A stretch of 64,000 nt of DNA from an uncultured delta proteobacterium (GTDB taxonomy: Bacteria; Myxococcota_A; Polyangia; Polyangiales; Houyiibacteriaceae). This document shows positions 48,348 to 58,758 of this stretch, piece after piece. Location of the stretch: contig CAVOVB010000001.1 in assembly GCA_963699755.1 (NCBI GenBank), positions 1,088,001 to 1,152,000 on the forward strand, written 5' to 3'. Both the position numbers and the translations under genes were made by a program. The notes beneath the pieces are model-generated. The model made no database searches. It saw nothing but the letters and a program-made list of their open reading frames with translations, and was not told the origin of the DNA. The stretch's first letter is position 1; every line of letters begins with the position of its first letter.

Positions 48348-49901
48348 ATGGGTTGGACGACAAAGATCGTGGTTCTTTGCTCGGTCGCCGGCGTGATGCT
48401 GACGGGCTGCAAGGTTGATAGCGAGGACGTGCAGCAATGGAAAGAAACCGTCAAAGGGCCGGCGAGGCTCAGCGCGGTGATCGGCAGCGACCGATACAGT
48501 CCCGAGCTTCGGACCGAAGCGGCGCTGGCGCTCGTCGAGATGGATCGCAGCGACGTGGATGCGCTCGCCCTTCTCGAGAAGTCATTCGATGATCTCCGCC
48601 GCGAGGACCGCGCGACCAGCGAAACCATCGTGGGCGGAATGATCCCGCGCCTCGAAGCGGTGCTGTCCGAGAAGCCCGATCCGGGGGCCAAAGGCCCCGA
48701 CCCGATGCAGGTGCGCGCGAAGGACGCTGCGTACATGGTGGTGCCCTATGCGCCTGAGAGCTCTCGCAACGAGCTCATCCGCGCCGTCGTAGGCTGGTAC
48801 TCCGCCGACTTCGAAGGACGGAGCCTCGCAGGGGACTACAGCGCCGAGCAGGTGACGCGGGCTCTCGGGGCGGAGGCAGCGGGCATGCTCGTCGATGCGC
48901 TGCACGAGAAGATGCCGCCCCAAGCGATGATCAAGATCTCAGAAATCATTGGGGAAGACGGCGACGAACAAACCAGAAAACGCGCAGGCGCGCGGCTCGT
49001 GACGATCGAAAAAGCGATGGAGAAAGCCGCCTTCGTTAACTGGCTTGCCGATCAGATTCGCGATTCGCTCAAGGCATCGGGCGAAGAGCCCGACGAAGCG
49101 CGGGTGAGCTCCTTGGCGCTCTACAACCGCGAGAACTACATCAATCAGGGGGCGCTCCCGGCGATGCAGTACCTCGGCGAGCAAGCACTGGTGTCGAGCC
49201 GCTTGCTCGCGATCGCCGACACCAAGCCCGGAGAGGGCGACCCCGAAGCGTGGATCGAGCGCCTCAACGCGCGGCGAGCTACCGCCCTCAAGGCGCTCGA
49301 GGGGCACGTGACGCGCACACACCTGAACCGTTTGCTATCGATCGCCCTCGATTCGAGCAACCCGGTCGAGGTCCGCGACTATGCATTCGATCGCGTTGGA
49401 GATGTCCGCAGCCGCGATGCAATTCCTCGGCTTTGGCCCCTCGTCGAGCGCGTGGGATGCACCGAGGCTTCCTGCACAGCGTCGGACAAGCTCGAAAAGC
49501 GCCTCCGCTGGCGGGCCGGCGAGCTGGTTCTGTCCCTCGGGGGCTCCTCCGCGATCGAGCCATTTTCACAACGATTACCGTCAGCTCCGGGGATTCAGTA
49601 CGAGCCGGAGGAGCTCGAAGGCTACGCGACCCGGATGAGCCAAATGACACCTCCGCCTACATCCACCGTCATCCCACTGCTCAATTCGCAACAGTGGTGG
49701 AATCGTGTGGTCGCATTGCGCTATCTTGAACGCAGAGGTGGGGAAGCAGATGTCCCCGTCATGAAGCGGTTGATGTCGGATGATGGCGCGGTTGCGGGGC
49801 AAGGTTGGACGGAGCTGAATCCACCGGTGACAACGGTGGGCCAGGTTGCGGAAGCCGCCGTCACGGCGCTTCGGACACGCGAGGAAGGTGACAAAGAGTG
49901 A
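48348..49901 (+). CDS. Hypothetical helical-repeat (HEAT-like) lipoprotein
   Basis: Lipobox LTGC; repeated R..A...L units; start may be 48318 (ORF track 48192). Confidence 0.75.
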   Translation: MGWTTKIVVLCSVAGVMLTGCKVDSEDVQQWKETVKGPARLSAVIGSDRYSPELRTEAALALVEMDRSDVDALALLEKSFDDLRREDRATSETIVGGMIPRLEAVLSEKPDPGAKGPDPMQVRAKDAAYMVVPYAPESSRNELIRAVVGWYSADFEGRSLAGDYSAEQVTRALGAEAAGMLVDALHEKMPPQAMIKISEIIGEDGDEQTRKRAGARLVTIEKAMEKAAFVNWLADQIRDSLKASGEEPDEARVSSLALYNRENYINQGALPAMQYLGEQALVSSRLLAIADTKPGEGDPEAWIERLNARRATALKALEGHVTRTHLNRLLSIALDSSNPVEVRDYAFDRVGDVRSRDAIPRLWPLVERVGCTEASCTASDKLEKRLRWRAGELVLSLGGSSAIEPFSQRLPSAPGIQYEPEELEGYATRMSQMTPPPTSTVIPLLNSQQWWNRVVALRYLERRGGEADVPVMKRLMSDDGAVAGQGWTELNPPVTTVGQVAEAAVTALRTREEGDKE

Positions 49902-49913
49902 GTAGTCGAAGCC

Positions 49914-50564
49914 ATGGCTGATCAGGGCGACAGGAAAACAATGCGTGCATTTCAGTGCCGCGACTACCTCTTCGAGATCTTCGATCGATTAAGCAACGAG
50001 CATCAGTGTTCGGTCGACTACCTGATCAACGAGGCGATGCGCGAGTATGCGCGCGCGCGCGAGCAGTCTGTTGCCGCCGTTGGAGTGCAATCCCAAGACC
50101 TCGTGAACTCGGCGGTCGCGGGTGGGCCAGTGAGGTCTGCGCTGTCCATCGACGCTCGGCGGCCACCCATGCTGACGCCGGTGCCCTCGCGCCGCCCGAC
50201 CGTGCAGCCGGCCGTCAATCCGTTGATGGCGGCTACCGTGCCACCACCGCTCCCCGGGCGCCGGCCCTCCGACCTTGCACGCCGACGAGTCCTAATGCTT
50301 CAGTTCAACGGCGAATCGATTCCCGTCGACAAAGACGAGTTCATCATCGGCAGAGGTGCGCGAAGCACGGATCTCGCGATTCGTGATGGCAATGTTTCAC
50401 GCAAGCATGCGGCGATCGTCTTTCACGATGGAGCGTACTTCATGAAAGACTTGGGCAGCACGAATGGAATCGAGTTCGCGGGTCAACGTGTCGAATCCAA
50501 GCGAATCGAAGAAGGCGACGTGTATCGCATTTGCGATTACGAGATTCGCTTCTCGTTTCAATGA
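49914..50564 (+). CDS. Ribbon-helix-helix-like N-terminus, Pro-rich linker and C-terminal FHA domain
   Basis: IIGR, VSRKHA, DLGSTNG (FHA); N-terminal RAFQCRDYLF...SVDYLINEAMREY. Confidence 0.85.
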   Translation: MADQGDRKTMRAFQCRDYLFEIFDRLSNEHQCSVDYLINEAMREYARAREQSVAAVGVQSQDLVNSAVAGGPVRSALSIDARRPPMLTPVPSRRPTVQPAVNPLMAATVPPPLPGRRPSDLARRRVLMLQFNGESIPVDKDEFIIGRGARSTDLAIRDGNVSRKHAAIVFHDGAYFMKDLGSTNGIEFAGQRVESKRIEEGDVYRICDYEIRFSFQ

Positions 50565-50580
50565 GCCGAGCTGGGCGCGT

Positions 50581-51000
50581 TTGGGCGGCGCCGGTTTCAT
50601 TGTGCTCGGGCTCGCCTGCGCCCTCCCCGCCTCTTCAGGGCTAGCGAATGAGGCGAGCGCGTCGGCGCAGACCGTAGAGCTTCGGAACCGACTCACTCAG
50701 CTCGAGGCTCGCGACGATGCCAAGTATGCCAAGGGGGCGCTCGAGCAAGCGCGGAGGGCTCTGTCGGCCGCTTCTCACGACGCCGAACATCCAAGCGCAG
50801 CCTCACGCGCCCGGAAGATCGCCGAAGCCGCCATGGTCTTGGCGGATCGGCAACTCGCGCATCGCAGGGCCCAGGCCGAGCTGTTTGCCACCCAACGCCG
50901 CCTCAGCTCGAGCCGTGAACGCGCCAACGCGCAGCGACGGGTGCTCGAAGCGCTCATGAAAGATCGGGCATCGCTGGCGCGCGAAGGAGAACGTCCTTGA
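50581..51000 (+). CDS. Hypothetical secreted coiled-coil protein (DUF4398-like)
   Basis: Hydrophobic leader followed by Ala-rich helices; TTGA coupling to next gene; start uncertain. Confidence 0.55.
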   Translation: MGGAGFIVLGLACALPASSGLANEASASAQTVELRNRLTQLEARDDAKYAKGALEQARRALSAASHDAEHPSAASRARKIAEAAMVLADRQLAHRRAQAELFATQRRLSSSRERANAQRRVLEALMKDRASLAREGERP

Positions 51001-52013
51001 TCGCACGCGCGGCGCTTCTCTTTTGCTCCGTCGCCAGCGCGGCCTGCGCCGGATCGCAAGCGTCGCGAACATCCGATACGCTTTTTGCCACGCCGGCGGC
51101 AGAGCTCGCACGCGAGCAGGCTCCCGATCTCTACAGTCAGGCGCGCTCGGCCTGGGCCGACGCGGAGGACGCGCGGCGGCACAAGGACGAGACGGCCGCC
51201 GACGACTATCGAACCGAGGCCCGGCTCTGGTTGGCCGCAGCCATCGCCGAAGCCGAACGCGTGCGATTGGATCGTCAGCGCGCGGAGCTTCAAGAGGAGG
51301 AGGAACGCTGGTCAAAGCAGCTGGCCCGCGACCAGGAGGCTTCCGCGGTCGTCGCCCGAGACATTTCTCGCTACGAGGCTAGAGCGGTCGCGCTCCGAGA
51401 AGCGGAGCGGCTAGGAGCATTGACCGAGTCGCCCAAGCTGAGCGATGCGACCCTCGACGCCGTGCTGACTCGAGTGCGACTCAACCTCGCTCTTGCCGAG
51501 GCCCTCGGGGTGACCGACGAGCAGCTTCGGCCGCTCCGTGAGCGGGCGGACCTCGTCGAGAGCGAACGGCCGAAACCTGCCAAAGTCGCCGAGTCGCTCC
51601 TCTTGGAGAGCGAGGCCGTCATCGGAGAGGCGCGCGCGCAATGGTCGGAGCCACGCCCGGGTGCCTCGACGGAGCTCGTGGAAACCGCATTGGCCACAGG
51701 CTTCGCCGCCGATCGCCTGGATGGCTCCGTGCTGGTCCGCTCGGAACGGTTCTTCGGCGCCAACGGGCAGGTGTCTCTCGCCACCGTGAAACGATTCATG
51801 GGACTTCTGAAAGCGTTTCCGCACGGACCGGTCGCCTGCCAAGTAGCGGTCCCCGAGCTCAGCAGCCGGGTCTGGGCGCAACGCGCCGCACAACTAGTCG
51901 AGCGCCTACGACGGATGGACGACCCAGCGCGGGTCTCCACCAGCATGGTCGTCACCGCCTCGCTGAGCGCCGGTACGGTTCAGTGCACCTTTGCCGCCTA
52001 TCGGGAGCCCTGA
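50997..52013 (+). CDS. Hypothetical lipoprotein, coiled-coil plus alpha/beta C-terminal domain
   Basis: Lipobox SAAC; APDLYSQA...A (DUF4398-like) helices. Confidence 0.7.
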   Translation: MIARAALLFCSVASAACAGSQASRTSDTLFATPAAELAREQAPDLYSQARSAWADAEDARRHKDETAADDYRTEARLWLAAAIAEAERVRLDRQRAELQEEEERWSKQLARDQEASAVVARDISRYEARAVALREAERLGALTESPKLSDATLDAVLTRVRLNLALAEALGVTDEQLRPLRERADLVESERPKPAKVAESLLLESEAVIGEARAQWSEPRPGASTELVETALATGFAADRLDGSVLVRSERFFGANGQVSLATVKRFMGLLKAFPHGPVACQVAVPELSSRVWAQRAAQLVERLRRMDDPARVSTSMVVTASLSAGTVQCTFAAYREP

Positions 52014-52024
52014 CGGCGCCTCTC

Positions 52025-52597
52025 TCAATCGAGCGTGCGGAAGGCAGCTTTGGCGGCAGCCTTGGTTTGCTCGGGGCTAGGAGCGTACTTGGATGGAGGT
52101 GGAAGCTCGGTCACCGAGATGCGGGTCACCTTGCTCCCGATCTCGAGAATCGACACGTCGACCTTGGTGGGGTTGACTTCGGCACCGCGAACGCTCGCCT
52201 GCTTGTAGACCGCGCCCGTCCCGCGACGCTCCACGTTGCCGGTGATCATCATGGGCCCGAAATAGGCGAGCACCTTGTCGATCGGGGCGCGGATTCGATA
52301 CACGTGAAGGACCCCATCTTCGCGATGGAGCTCGGCGCCTCGGGGAAGCCGGATTCCTACGATGTACTCGTCCGATGGGAGCAGACGCCCCTCGGCGTCA
52401 AACGTTCGAGTGTGGGGCGCGCGCTTCCCGGACTCCGCTCCCGCCTGCTCCCGCTGGGGACCGCTAGCGCCCATGGGCGTGTCCCGCTCGGGCCTCGAGG
52501 TGCAGCCGGCGAGGACCAGCAGATGGGCCACGAGAGTCAGCAAGAGGATCGGGGAAGCATTCATCGCTCTAGGAAGTATCATCACGCCGCCGGTCAT
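52025..52597 (-). CDS. Hypothetical lipoprotein at end of the pilY1 operon
   Basis: Lipobox LAGC; ATGA coupling to pilY1 stop (alternative start 52564). Confidence 0.7.
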   Translation of the reverse strand: MTGGVMILPRAMNASPILLLTLVAHLLVLAGCTSRPERDTPMGASGPQREQAGAESGKRAPHTRTFDAEGRLLPSDEYIVGIRLPRGAELHREDGVLHVYRIRAPIDKVLAYFGPMMITGNVERRGTGAVYKQASVRGAEVNPTKVDVSILEIGSKVTRISVTELPPPSKYAPSPEQTKAAAKAAFRTLD

Positions 52598-55500
52598 TCC
52601 ACAGTATCGGCCATGCCCGAGACCACCGTGAAGCCTTCGGGCGCGCTGATCGTTTCGTCGAGGATGTTGATCGCGAGCTGGTTGACCGGAATGGCAGAAG
52701 AGCCGCTGAGGTGACCCATCAACTTGTACTCGCGCCCGCTCGTCGCGATGGGCATCGCCAGGGTTGACGTGGAGCCGTCGAAAGGATCGGTTATGCTGAT
52801 GTCCTGCGTCGTGATGCAGACGGGTTCCTGCGCGACTTGTAGGCCGACGAGCAGAGCGTTTTCTAGCAAAGGGATGTCGTTCTTATCGAGAACGTAGGTC
52901 GGAGTCCCCAAGGCATCCTCCAGCACGGGCAAGGGATCACCCGCACTGGTGGGGTCATCCAAGTAGTTCAGGCCGAAGATACGGCTGCCTCCGAACGGGC
53001 AGGCATCGATCGCCGTGCCGCTCGCCGCCTTGAACGATCCGAAAAAGACCTGACCACTGAAGAGCTCGATCGGGCCGGTCATCTGCTCGCCCGGATCCAG
53101 CTCGATTTCCCAATTGAGCCGGCCGTCGACCGTGTCGACCGAACCGTCGGCCTCGAAGGTCAGCGTCTCGGTAATCGACACGACCTTGTTAATCGCTGTT
53201 GCATCGTCGAGCACGTCGATGTTGCCGGTTCCGGTCAGGATGACGATTCGCCCTTGGATGTCGGTGCTGATCGCCGGTGCGTAGAACGTCGGCTCGGCGA
53301 CGTCACTGGCCTCGTCGTAGTAGAGGTCGTGGAGCGCCCGAGCCTCCCAGTCATCTGGATCCGGCGAGGACACGTCGATGCGCCAGAGCACGCCATCGGC
53401 GTCCACGGTGTATGCCACGCTGCCTGTGGTGCCGGTATCGCCTCGGTACACTGAAACCGCGCCCGTGAGCGGTGCCAGGAACGTGTCTTCTTTCAGCTCG
53501 TGGATAATCCTGCCGGTGATCATGTCGATGAAATAGAGGACTCGGCCATGTTTCGTTTCCGGCGGCACCGTCGTCTCATCTCGCCAGCAGCGTCGGTTGG
53601 CACGGGGCGTGATGACGTCGCCGTTTGCCTGTTTCATGTCTTCGGGAAGCTGAGGACCTGAGGCGATCGGGCAGGAGCTGCCGTCGATCACGCCTTGTCC
53701 GCCGGGGAGCATGATCACGGCGCGCGACTGCTTCAGCACGAAAGCCGGGCCGCCGCTGCCATTGTCTCCACCCTGGAGCAAAATCTGTGCGGCCGTGGGT
53801 TGCCCGTAGGTGTCGCCGAGGTTTGGGGCGGTGAACTGCCAGAGGAACTCCGGCTTACATGGATTGGTGACGTCCAGCGCCACCATGCCGTTGCCGCCGT
53901 TTCGGAAGCTGACGAAGAGGACCGTGCGCCAGACGTTCGTCGCGCCGCCCTGCTCTGCCGCGAAGGGGCGAACGTCGTAGAGATTGCGGACCTGAATACT
54001 TCCGTCCGCGTACCATTGCTTGCTGCCGCCGGCCAGCTGGTCGTCGAGGTCGTCGAGAAACATCGGCGCGATGAACCCCCAGAGCTCGGTGCCCGCGGCC
54101 TTTCCATCGGCACAAGCAAACTCGTCGAGTTCCTTGGCCGAGGTGAAGGTGTCGAGCTCGTAGTCGTCGGCTAGGAAGGCGTGGATCACGCCATCGTTCG
54201 TTGATGCGTAGATCACCCGAGGGCGTTCGCTCAGCTGCCATCCATCCGCCGACAGGTCTTCGGAAGCATCCGGGCTCTCCTGGTAGCCCAAGCCCAGTCG
54301 CCAGTCGTTGAATGAGCTGTCGTCGAGATCATCGACCAGCGGGCCCACAATCGCTGGCGTAGAATGGTAGATGTCGCCCAGACGCTCATCTTCGCGACCG
54401 CTTCCAGGCACGCCGTGAACCCATTCGACCACGGTATTTCCCATCGCTGTATCGGTGCTGCCCACTCCCAATAGGTACTCGGGATCGATCGCGGTGCTGA
54501 ACTCGCCGGCCCGTTGCTCGACGATCGCCGCACCCTCGCCAGGTACATCGAAACCCGCCGACGTGAGCTTGTTCGCGCCGCTGCCGGTGAGGTGCGTATT
54601 GACATCTGCTGGATCGTCCGGCAGCACGGTCCAGAGGTTTCTCGAGAATCCGCCCGTGAAGCTGACTTTCGAGCTCGAGCCACCCCAGGCCTCGACGTCC
54701 GACGGGGCCGCGTTCTGCCCGTTGAGCACTTCGTGGAAGCGGTCTGCGTCCGTCACGTCTTGCGGAACCGGAATACCATCGACGCACAAGAAGCGCCTGC
54801 GCTCCAAGACCCCGTCCCAGGGGTCCGTCGAGTCCAGGGACGCATTGAACCCGGAAATGAACTGCGACTCTACGAGGCCTGGCGATGCGCCCGTCAGGAC
54901 CGGTGCCGTTCGGCTGGTCGCCCCGGGGTTCTGCTCGTTGAAGATGAAGCTCAAGGCGGTGACGAGCTCGGCGCGATCGGCGACGAGGAAGGCCTCAGTC
55001 GTGTCACCCACCGAAGCGATGTCGTTGAGCAGGTTCACCACCTCGTCGACCTTCGCCGGGTCCCCATCGAGTGCGAAGCCGATGACATAGAACTTGTCCA
55101 AATCGCCCGCGCCGATCATGGACGAAACGGTGTCGGAGATCTCATCGTAGGGACAGCCGAGCTCGGTCACGGGCTCGTCCTGGCAGTTCACGGGGTTTCC
55201 CCGCATATCGCCGTTTGGCAAACCGTCCGTGATCAAAACGGCGCTTCGCGGCCGGCAGCCGTAGTAGGCATCGCCATCCCCACCTGCGACCGTCTTCCTC
55301 TGCACGAAAATGTCGTTTTGAATGAAGTACTCGAGGTCGCTGACCATCGCTGCCGTCGGCGTCGCGCCATAGGGGCGCAGTGGATTCTTACCGAGGCCGA
55401 TGTCGCCGAGAATGGTGGCCTGAATCGCCGCGTTCGTGTTGGCCATGGCCGCGGTGCTGTCCGCGCCCACGGTGACCAAGCCGCCCTCTGGAGCGCTCGC

Positions 55501-56124
55501 CGACCGAATGCCGTTGTTGATCATGTGCGGCGCGAGAGATCCCGGAAACGAATAGGACTTGTCGTCGGCGTACGAGTACATGCCCTTGGTGCTGAGCGAA
55601 TCTGCTTGAAACGGCACTGTCAGGAAGTCGGCTTCGGTGACCAGCGGAGGTCGGTCGATCAATGTGCCGACCGAATCGAAGGTCATCAGCCCGAACTTGA
55701 TGCGCTCGATGTAGGTGTCGAGCACGCCATTCGCGCTCTGCGTTCCGCCGAGCTCGTGCGGGAGCTGAATGTGCGGAAGGAAGTAGCCTTCGTCGTACTC
55801 GCCTGTGTAGATGCCGCCGATTCGCAGATCGGAGTTGCACTCGTAGGTGTCGAACTCGCCGGTGAGGGCCTGGGCGACGAGGGACCAGCGGTTCTGTTCG
55901 TCGGTTCCCGGTGCCCCGCCGCACATGGGAAGGCATTCGGTGCATCCTGGCGTGGTGCAGAGGCAGTTGGGCTTTCGCTCCATCGACCCCGAGGTGTCGA
56001 CCAGAAGAATCACATGCGGCCGAATATTTCGAATGTCCGGTTCCTGCGCTGAAACCTTTGCGCTAGGTCCGACTGTGGCGACCAGTAGGCCAACAACTGC
56101 AATGTGAAGCCAAAATCTCATCAT
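52594..56124 (-). CDS. pilY1: Type IV pilus tip adhesin PilY1/PilC with N-terminal vWA-like domain
   Basis: Signal peptide; LLVDTSGSM (MIDAS) and LITDG; LGDIYHSTP, NDG.IHAF, ELWGFI, ALDVT.P; last large gene of the minor-pilin operon. Confidence 0.9.
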   Translation of the reverse strand: MMRFWLHIAVVGLLVATVGPSAKVSAQEPDIRNIRPHVILLVDTSGSMERKPNCLCTTPGCTECLPMCGGAPGTDEQNRWSLVAQALTGEFDTYECNSDLRIGGIYTGEYDEGYFLPHIQLPHELGGTQSANGVLDTYIERIKFGLMTFDSVGTLIDRPPLVTEADFLTVPFQADSLSTKGMYSYADDKSYSFPGSLAPHMINNGIRSASAPEGGLVTVGADSTAAMANTNAAIQATILGDIGLGKNPLRPYGATPTAAMVSDLEYFIQNDIFVQRKTVAGGDGDAYYGCRPRSAVLITDGLPNGDMRGNPVNCQDEPVTELGCPYDEISDTVSSMIGAGDLDKFYVIGFALDGDPAKVDEVVNLLNDIASVGDTTEAFLVADRAELVTALSFIFNEQNPGATSRTAPVLTGASPGLVESQFISGFNASLDSTDPWDGVLERRRFLCVDGIPVPQDVTDADRFHEVLNGQNAAPSDVEAWGGSSSKVSFTGGFSRNLWTVLPDDPADVNTHLTGSGANKLTSAGFDVPGEGAAIVEQRAGEFSTAIDPEYLLGVGSTDTAMGNTVVEWVHGVPGSGREDERLGDIYHSTPAIVGPLVDDLDDSSFNDWRLGLGYQESPDASEDLSADGWQLSERPRVIYASTNDGVIHAFLADDYELDTFTSAKELDEFACADGKAAGTELWGFIAPMFLDDLDDQLAGGSKQWYADGSIQVRNLYDVRPFAAEQGGATNVWRTVLFVSFRNGGNGMVALDVTNPCKPEFLWQFTAPNLGDTYGQPTAAQILLQGGDNGSGGPAFVLKQSRAVIMLPGGQGVIDGSSCPIASGPQLPEDMKQANGDVITPRANRRCWRDETTVPPETKHGRVLYFIDMITGRIIHELKEDTFLAPLTGAVSVYRGDTGTTGSVAYTVDADGVLWRIDVSSPDPDDWEARALHDLYYDEASDVAEPTFYAPAISTDIQGRIVILTGTGNIDVLDDATAINKVVSITETLTFEADGSVDTVDGRLNWEIELDPGEQMTGPIELFSGQVFFGSFKAASGTAIDACPFGGSRIFGLNYLDDPTSAGDPLPVLEDALGTPTYVLDKNDIPLLENALLVGLQVAQEPVCITTQDISITDPFDGSTSTLAMPIATSGREYKLMGHLSGSSAIPVNQLAINILDETISAPEGFTVVSGMADTVE

Positions 56125-56813
56125 GTCCCCGAAATGAATGGCCCGCTGACGACGTATGCGCGCATGTCCGCGCCCGCCTCGTTCCACTGGCGACCGACGT
56201 CCTCGGCTTCCGAGTGATCGGCGCTGCCGTCTCCCACCTGCGCGCGACCGCGAGCCGTCATGGTCGTGCGCATGTATTTGAACTTCGTGCCGCCTTGGGC
56301 TGCCGCGCCTGGCGGGAGCGTGCTCACGATGTGCTCGTCATAGAGGTCGACGACGACCGCCGGGCTGTACGCCGAGCCCGCGCCAAATACCGCATCGGAG
56401 TCGACGGGGATCTTCTTGAAATGGCCGCTGTCGTCGGGCTCGATCAGCGCTTCGAAGTGCTCCGGGTAGAGCCTATAGGCTCGGCGATTCCTGGCCAAGG
56501 GAGGTTCTGGATAACAGTGTCTCGTGGCGGCCGTGGCGTTCCCGTGACATCTGAAGAGCTTCCCATCGGTGTCGCCACTGGTCTGCAGGATGTCGCGGAC
56601 GGTCATTGGGCCGAAAATGTCGAACCACTCGAGCCCGGCGATCAGGGCGCCGCGGGCAGCGTATCGGGTCTGCATCTGCTGACGCGCGTAGCCGGTACCC
56701 CGGACCTCGTGCGAAACGGTCGTGGCCGAGTACACCGCGCTCGCCGTACCGACCATCACGATCATCAGGACGACGAAGAGCACCGCGCCCTCTTGTTTTC
56801 GAGGCTGTTTCAT
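56121..56813 (-). CDS. pilX: PilX-like minor pilin
   Basis: QEG-AVLFVVLMIV prepilin leader lacking Glu5; position before pilY1. Confidence 0.75.
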   Translation of the reverse strand: MKQPRKQEGAVLFVVLMIVMVGTASAVYSATTVSHEVRGTGYARQQMQTRYAARGALIAGLEWFDIFGPMTVRDILQTSGDTDGKLFRCHGNATAATRHCYPEPPLARNRRAYRLYPEHFEALIEPDDSGHFKKIPVDSDAVFGAGSAYSPAVVVDLYDEHIVSTLPPGAAAQGGTKFKYMRTTMTARGRAQVGDGSADHSEAEDVGRQWNEAGADMRAYVVSGPFISGT

Positions 56814-58129
56814 CAGAGGTTCCTCCTTGCGACACTCATGACGGGGATCTCGATGCGCATGTGGCGCACGCGCGCGGAGCCCTTTTCAGCGGCGTTCACC
56901 TCGAAGCGCGTGCTGATCGAGCCGCTGTTCGAGTATGGGATGGACGGGTCCTCGAGCGGGCTGCGAATCCCCAAATCGATGTGCACCGAACGGACCTGGT
57001 TCGGGTTATCGTTGATGGTGTCCTGGTCGGAGGTGCCGGTTAGCGCGTTGGCGAAGTCGGTGATCGACGGTCCTATTGCCTTTCCCGAGTCGGTGTCGAG
57101 TAGGAAGCTCACCTGGAAGTCGGCGACGAATTCCGCCAGCACCTGGGTGGTGCCCTGCAGCACGTTGCCGGTATTCGGGTCCAGGATGCGTCGCACTAGC
57201 AGGACGTTCCTCTCTTCGCGCAGCGTGCCGACAGCGCCAGCGGTCAACGATGATTCGAGATCGAGAAAGAACACCTCGTCGAAGTCCATGAAATCGGTGC
57301 TGACCGAGCTCGGAGTGACGAGCGCGTACTCGACCCATTGCAGAGGCGCGATGTTGGATCCCCCGCCTTGTCCCGGAAGGCAGGCAGTGCCGACGGGTAG
57401 GGGCGGGGCGACTAGGATGCGCATTTGATTTTGGGTGTTGTCCGCCTTCCCGAAGGAGGTCCGAAAGAAGTGACGCCCCTCGGGTGTTTCGATGTGAAGC
57501 ACCGATCCGGTCTGAAAGGCACGCGCGCCTTGTTGACCGACACCCTTCCAACTCGCGGTCTCCAGAGCCCAGGCGGGGTCCCAGCCGAGACTGCCGTCCA
57601 GGTAGTCCGGCGCCTCTTGGCCGCCGACGAAGGGCCCCGCCGTCTGGCCCCAGAGAAAGGTCCTCTGGTATGCCTGGTTGCTGTTGTCGAGGATGATGTG
57701 CGTTCCCTCGGGGCTGATCGAGTCGACGAGGAGCTTGTCAGTGAGGTACAGGCTGGTGAGCACGCGGAGCCGGTCTCCATGGACCCAGGTGTTCTCGCTC
57801 GGGTTGAGGAGCGACTTATCGGTGTCGGCGTAATACTGAAAGGCGCCTATGGGGGAGGTTCCGCCGCCGTACTTCTGGAGAACTGGAATGATCGAGTCGC
57901 AGGTGGATTCGAGATTGGCGGCGGGCGAGCCGAAGAGGCCTGCCCGAGAGATATCCCTGCGAAGCTCCATCATCGCGGCACGTGACGACCCTTGCGTGGT
58001 CGCAGTCCGTTGCTCTTCGAAGAACTGTTGGCTCATCGCCGAGCCGAGGCTGTAGACCGAGGTGATCGCGGTGAGCCCTACGACCATCGCCACCATCAGC
58101 TCGATGAGAGTGAAGCCGCTCTTGCTCAC
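56813..58129 (-). CDS. pilW: PilW-like minor pilin
   Basis: G-FTLIELMVAM; ELRRDISRAG; GTG start overlapping pilV stop. Confidence 0.8.
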   Translation of the reverse strand: MSKSGFTLIELMVAMVVGLTAITSVYSLGSAMSQQFFEEQRTATTQGSSRAAMMELRRDISRAGLFGSPAANLESTCDSIIPVLQKYGGGTSPIGAFQYYADTDKSLLNPSENTWVHGDRLRVLTSLYLTDKLLVDSISPEGTHIILDNSNQAYQRTFLWGQTAGPFVGGQEAPDYLDGSLGWDPAWALETASWKGVGQQGARAFQTGSVLHIETPEGRHFFRTSFGKADNTQNQMRILVAPPLPVGTACLPGQGGGSNIAPLQWVEYALVTPSSVSTDFMDFDEVFFLDLESSLTAGAVGTLREERNVLLVRRILDPNTGNVLQGTTQVLAEFVADFQVSFLLDTDSGKAIGPSITDFANALTGTSDQDTINDNPNQVRSVHIDLGIRSPLEDPSIPYSNSGSISTRFEVNAAEKGSARVRHMRIEIPVMSVARRNL

Positions 58130-58758
58130 GTTCCTTCCCTCCTTAGCCAGGTCACCACGGTCGAGGCGAAGACCACGTCGATGTTCGGGGGTAGTGGACC
58201 CCCCTCGAGGCCCCAGCCATCCGCGATCACGGCGTCGCAATCGGCGTTGCGAAAGGCCGTTCCATCCACCCAGTCCGAGTGGGTTGCGGTGCCGGCCATG
58301 TGGCCTTCGCGATACCAGTAGGTGCGAATGTCGACCCGGGCGGAGCTTCCCTGCCGCAACCAGCTCAGGCGTAAGTTGGTGCAGTACTTCGGTTTGTCGC
58401 TTCCTTCTATGTCCTCGCCGAAGTAGTCAAAACCATAGGATTCTTTGTCTGAAGGGGGGGCCGGCCTGAACCAAGCTGTGCCCGTGACCTGGTTCGAGAG
58501 CGCTTTTAGGTAATCGGTCGCAAGAAGCGAGGTGCTGGTGATGCCCCGCTCGGTCCAACCGAGCGAATCCCGTTCGACCCGCTCGACCCAGCGCTCGGTG
58601 ATCGCCAAGGCGGTGTTCATTTCGAGCGCGGCCCTGTTCGCATGGCTCACCGACTGGTGCATCGCGAGGATGCCGAGCGAGCCGACGGTCATGATGCCAA
58701 TCGCGATCATGACCTCGACGAGGGTGAAACCCGACTCTGTCTTTCTCAATTTGTTCAT
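58126..58758 (-). CDS. pilV: PilV-like minor pilin
   Basis: G-FTLVEVMIAI..MTVGSLGIL. Confidence 0.8.
   Translation of the reverse strand: MNKLRKTESGFTLVEVMIAIGIMTVGSLGILAMHQSVSHANRAALEMNTALAITERWVERVERDSLGWTERGITSTSLLATDYLKALSNQVTGTAWFRPAPPSDKESYGFDYFGEDIEGSDKPKYCTNLRLSWLRQGSSARVDIRTYWYREGHMAGTATHSDWVDGTAFRNADCDAVIADGWGLEGGPLPPNIDVVFASTVVTWLRREGT

Noticed and set aside
50561..50644. ATGA-coupled start at 50561 suggesting a frameshifted gene
   Set aside because: That frame stops after 27 codons; an in-frame TTG at 50581 explains the downstream ORF without a frameshift.
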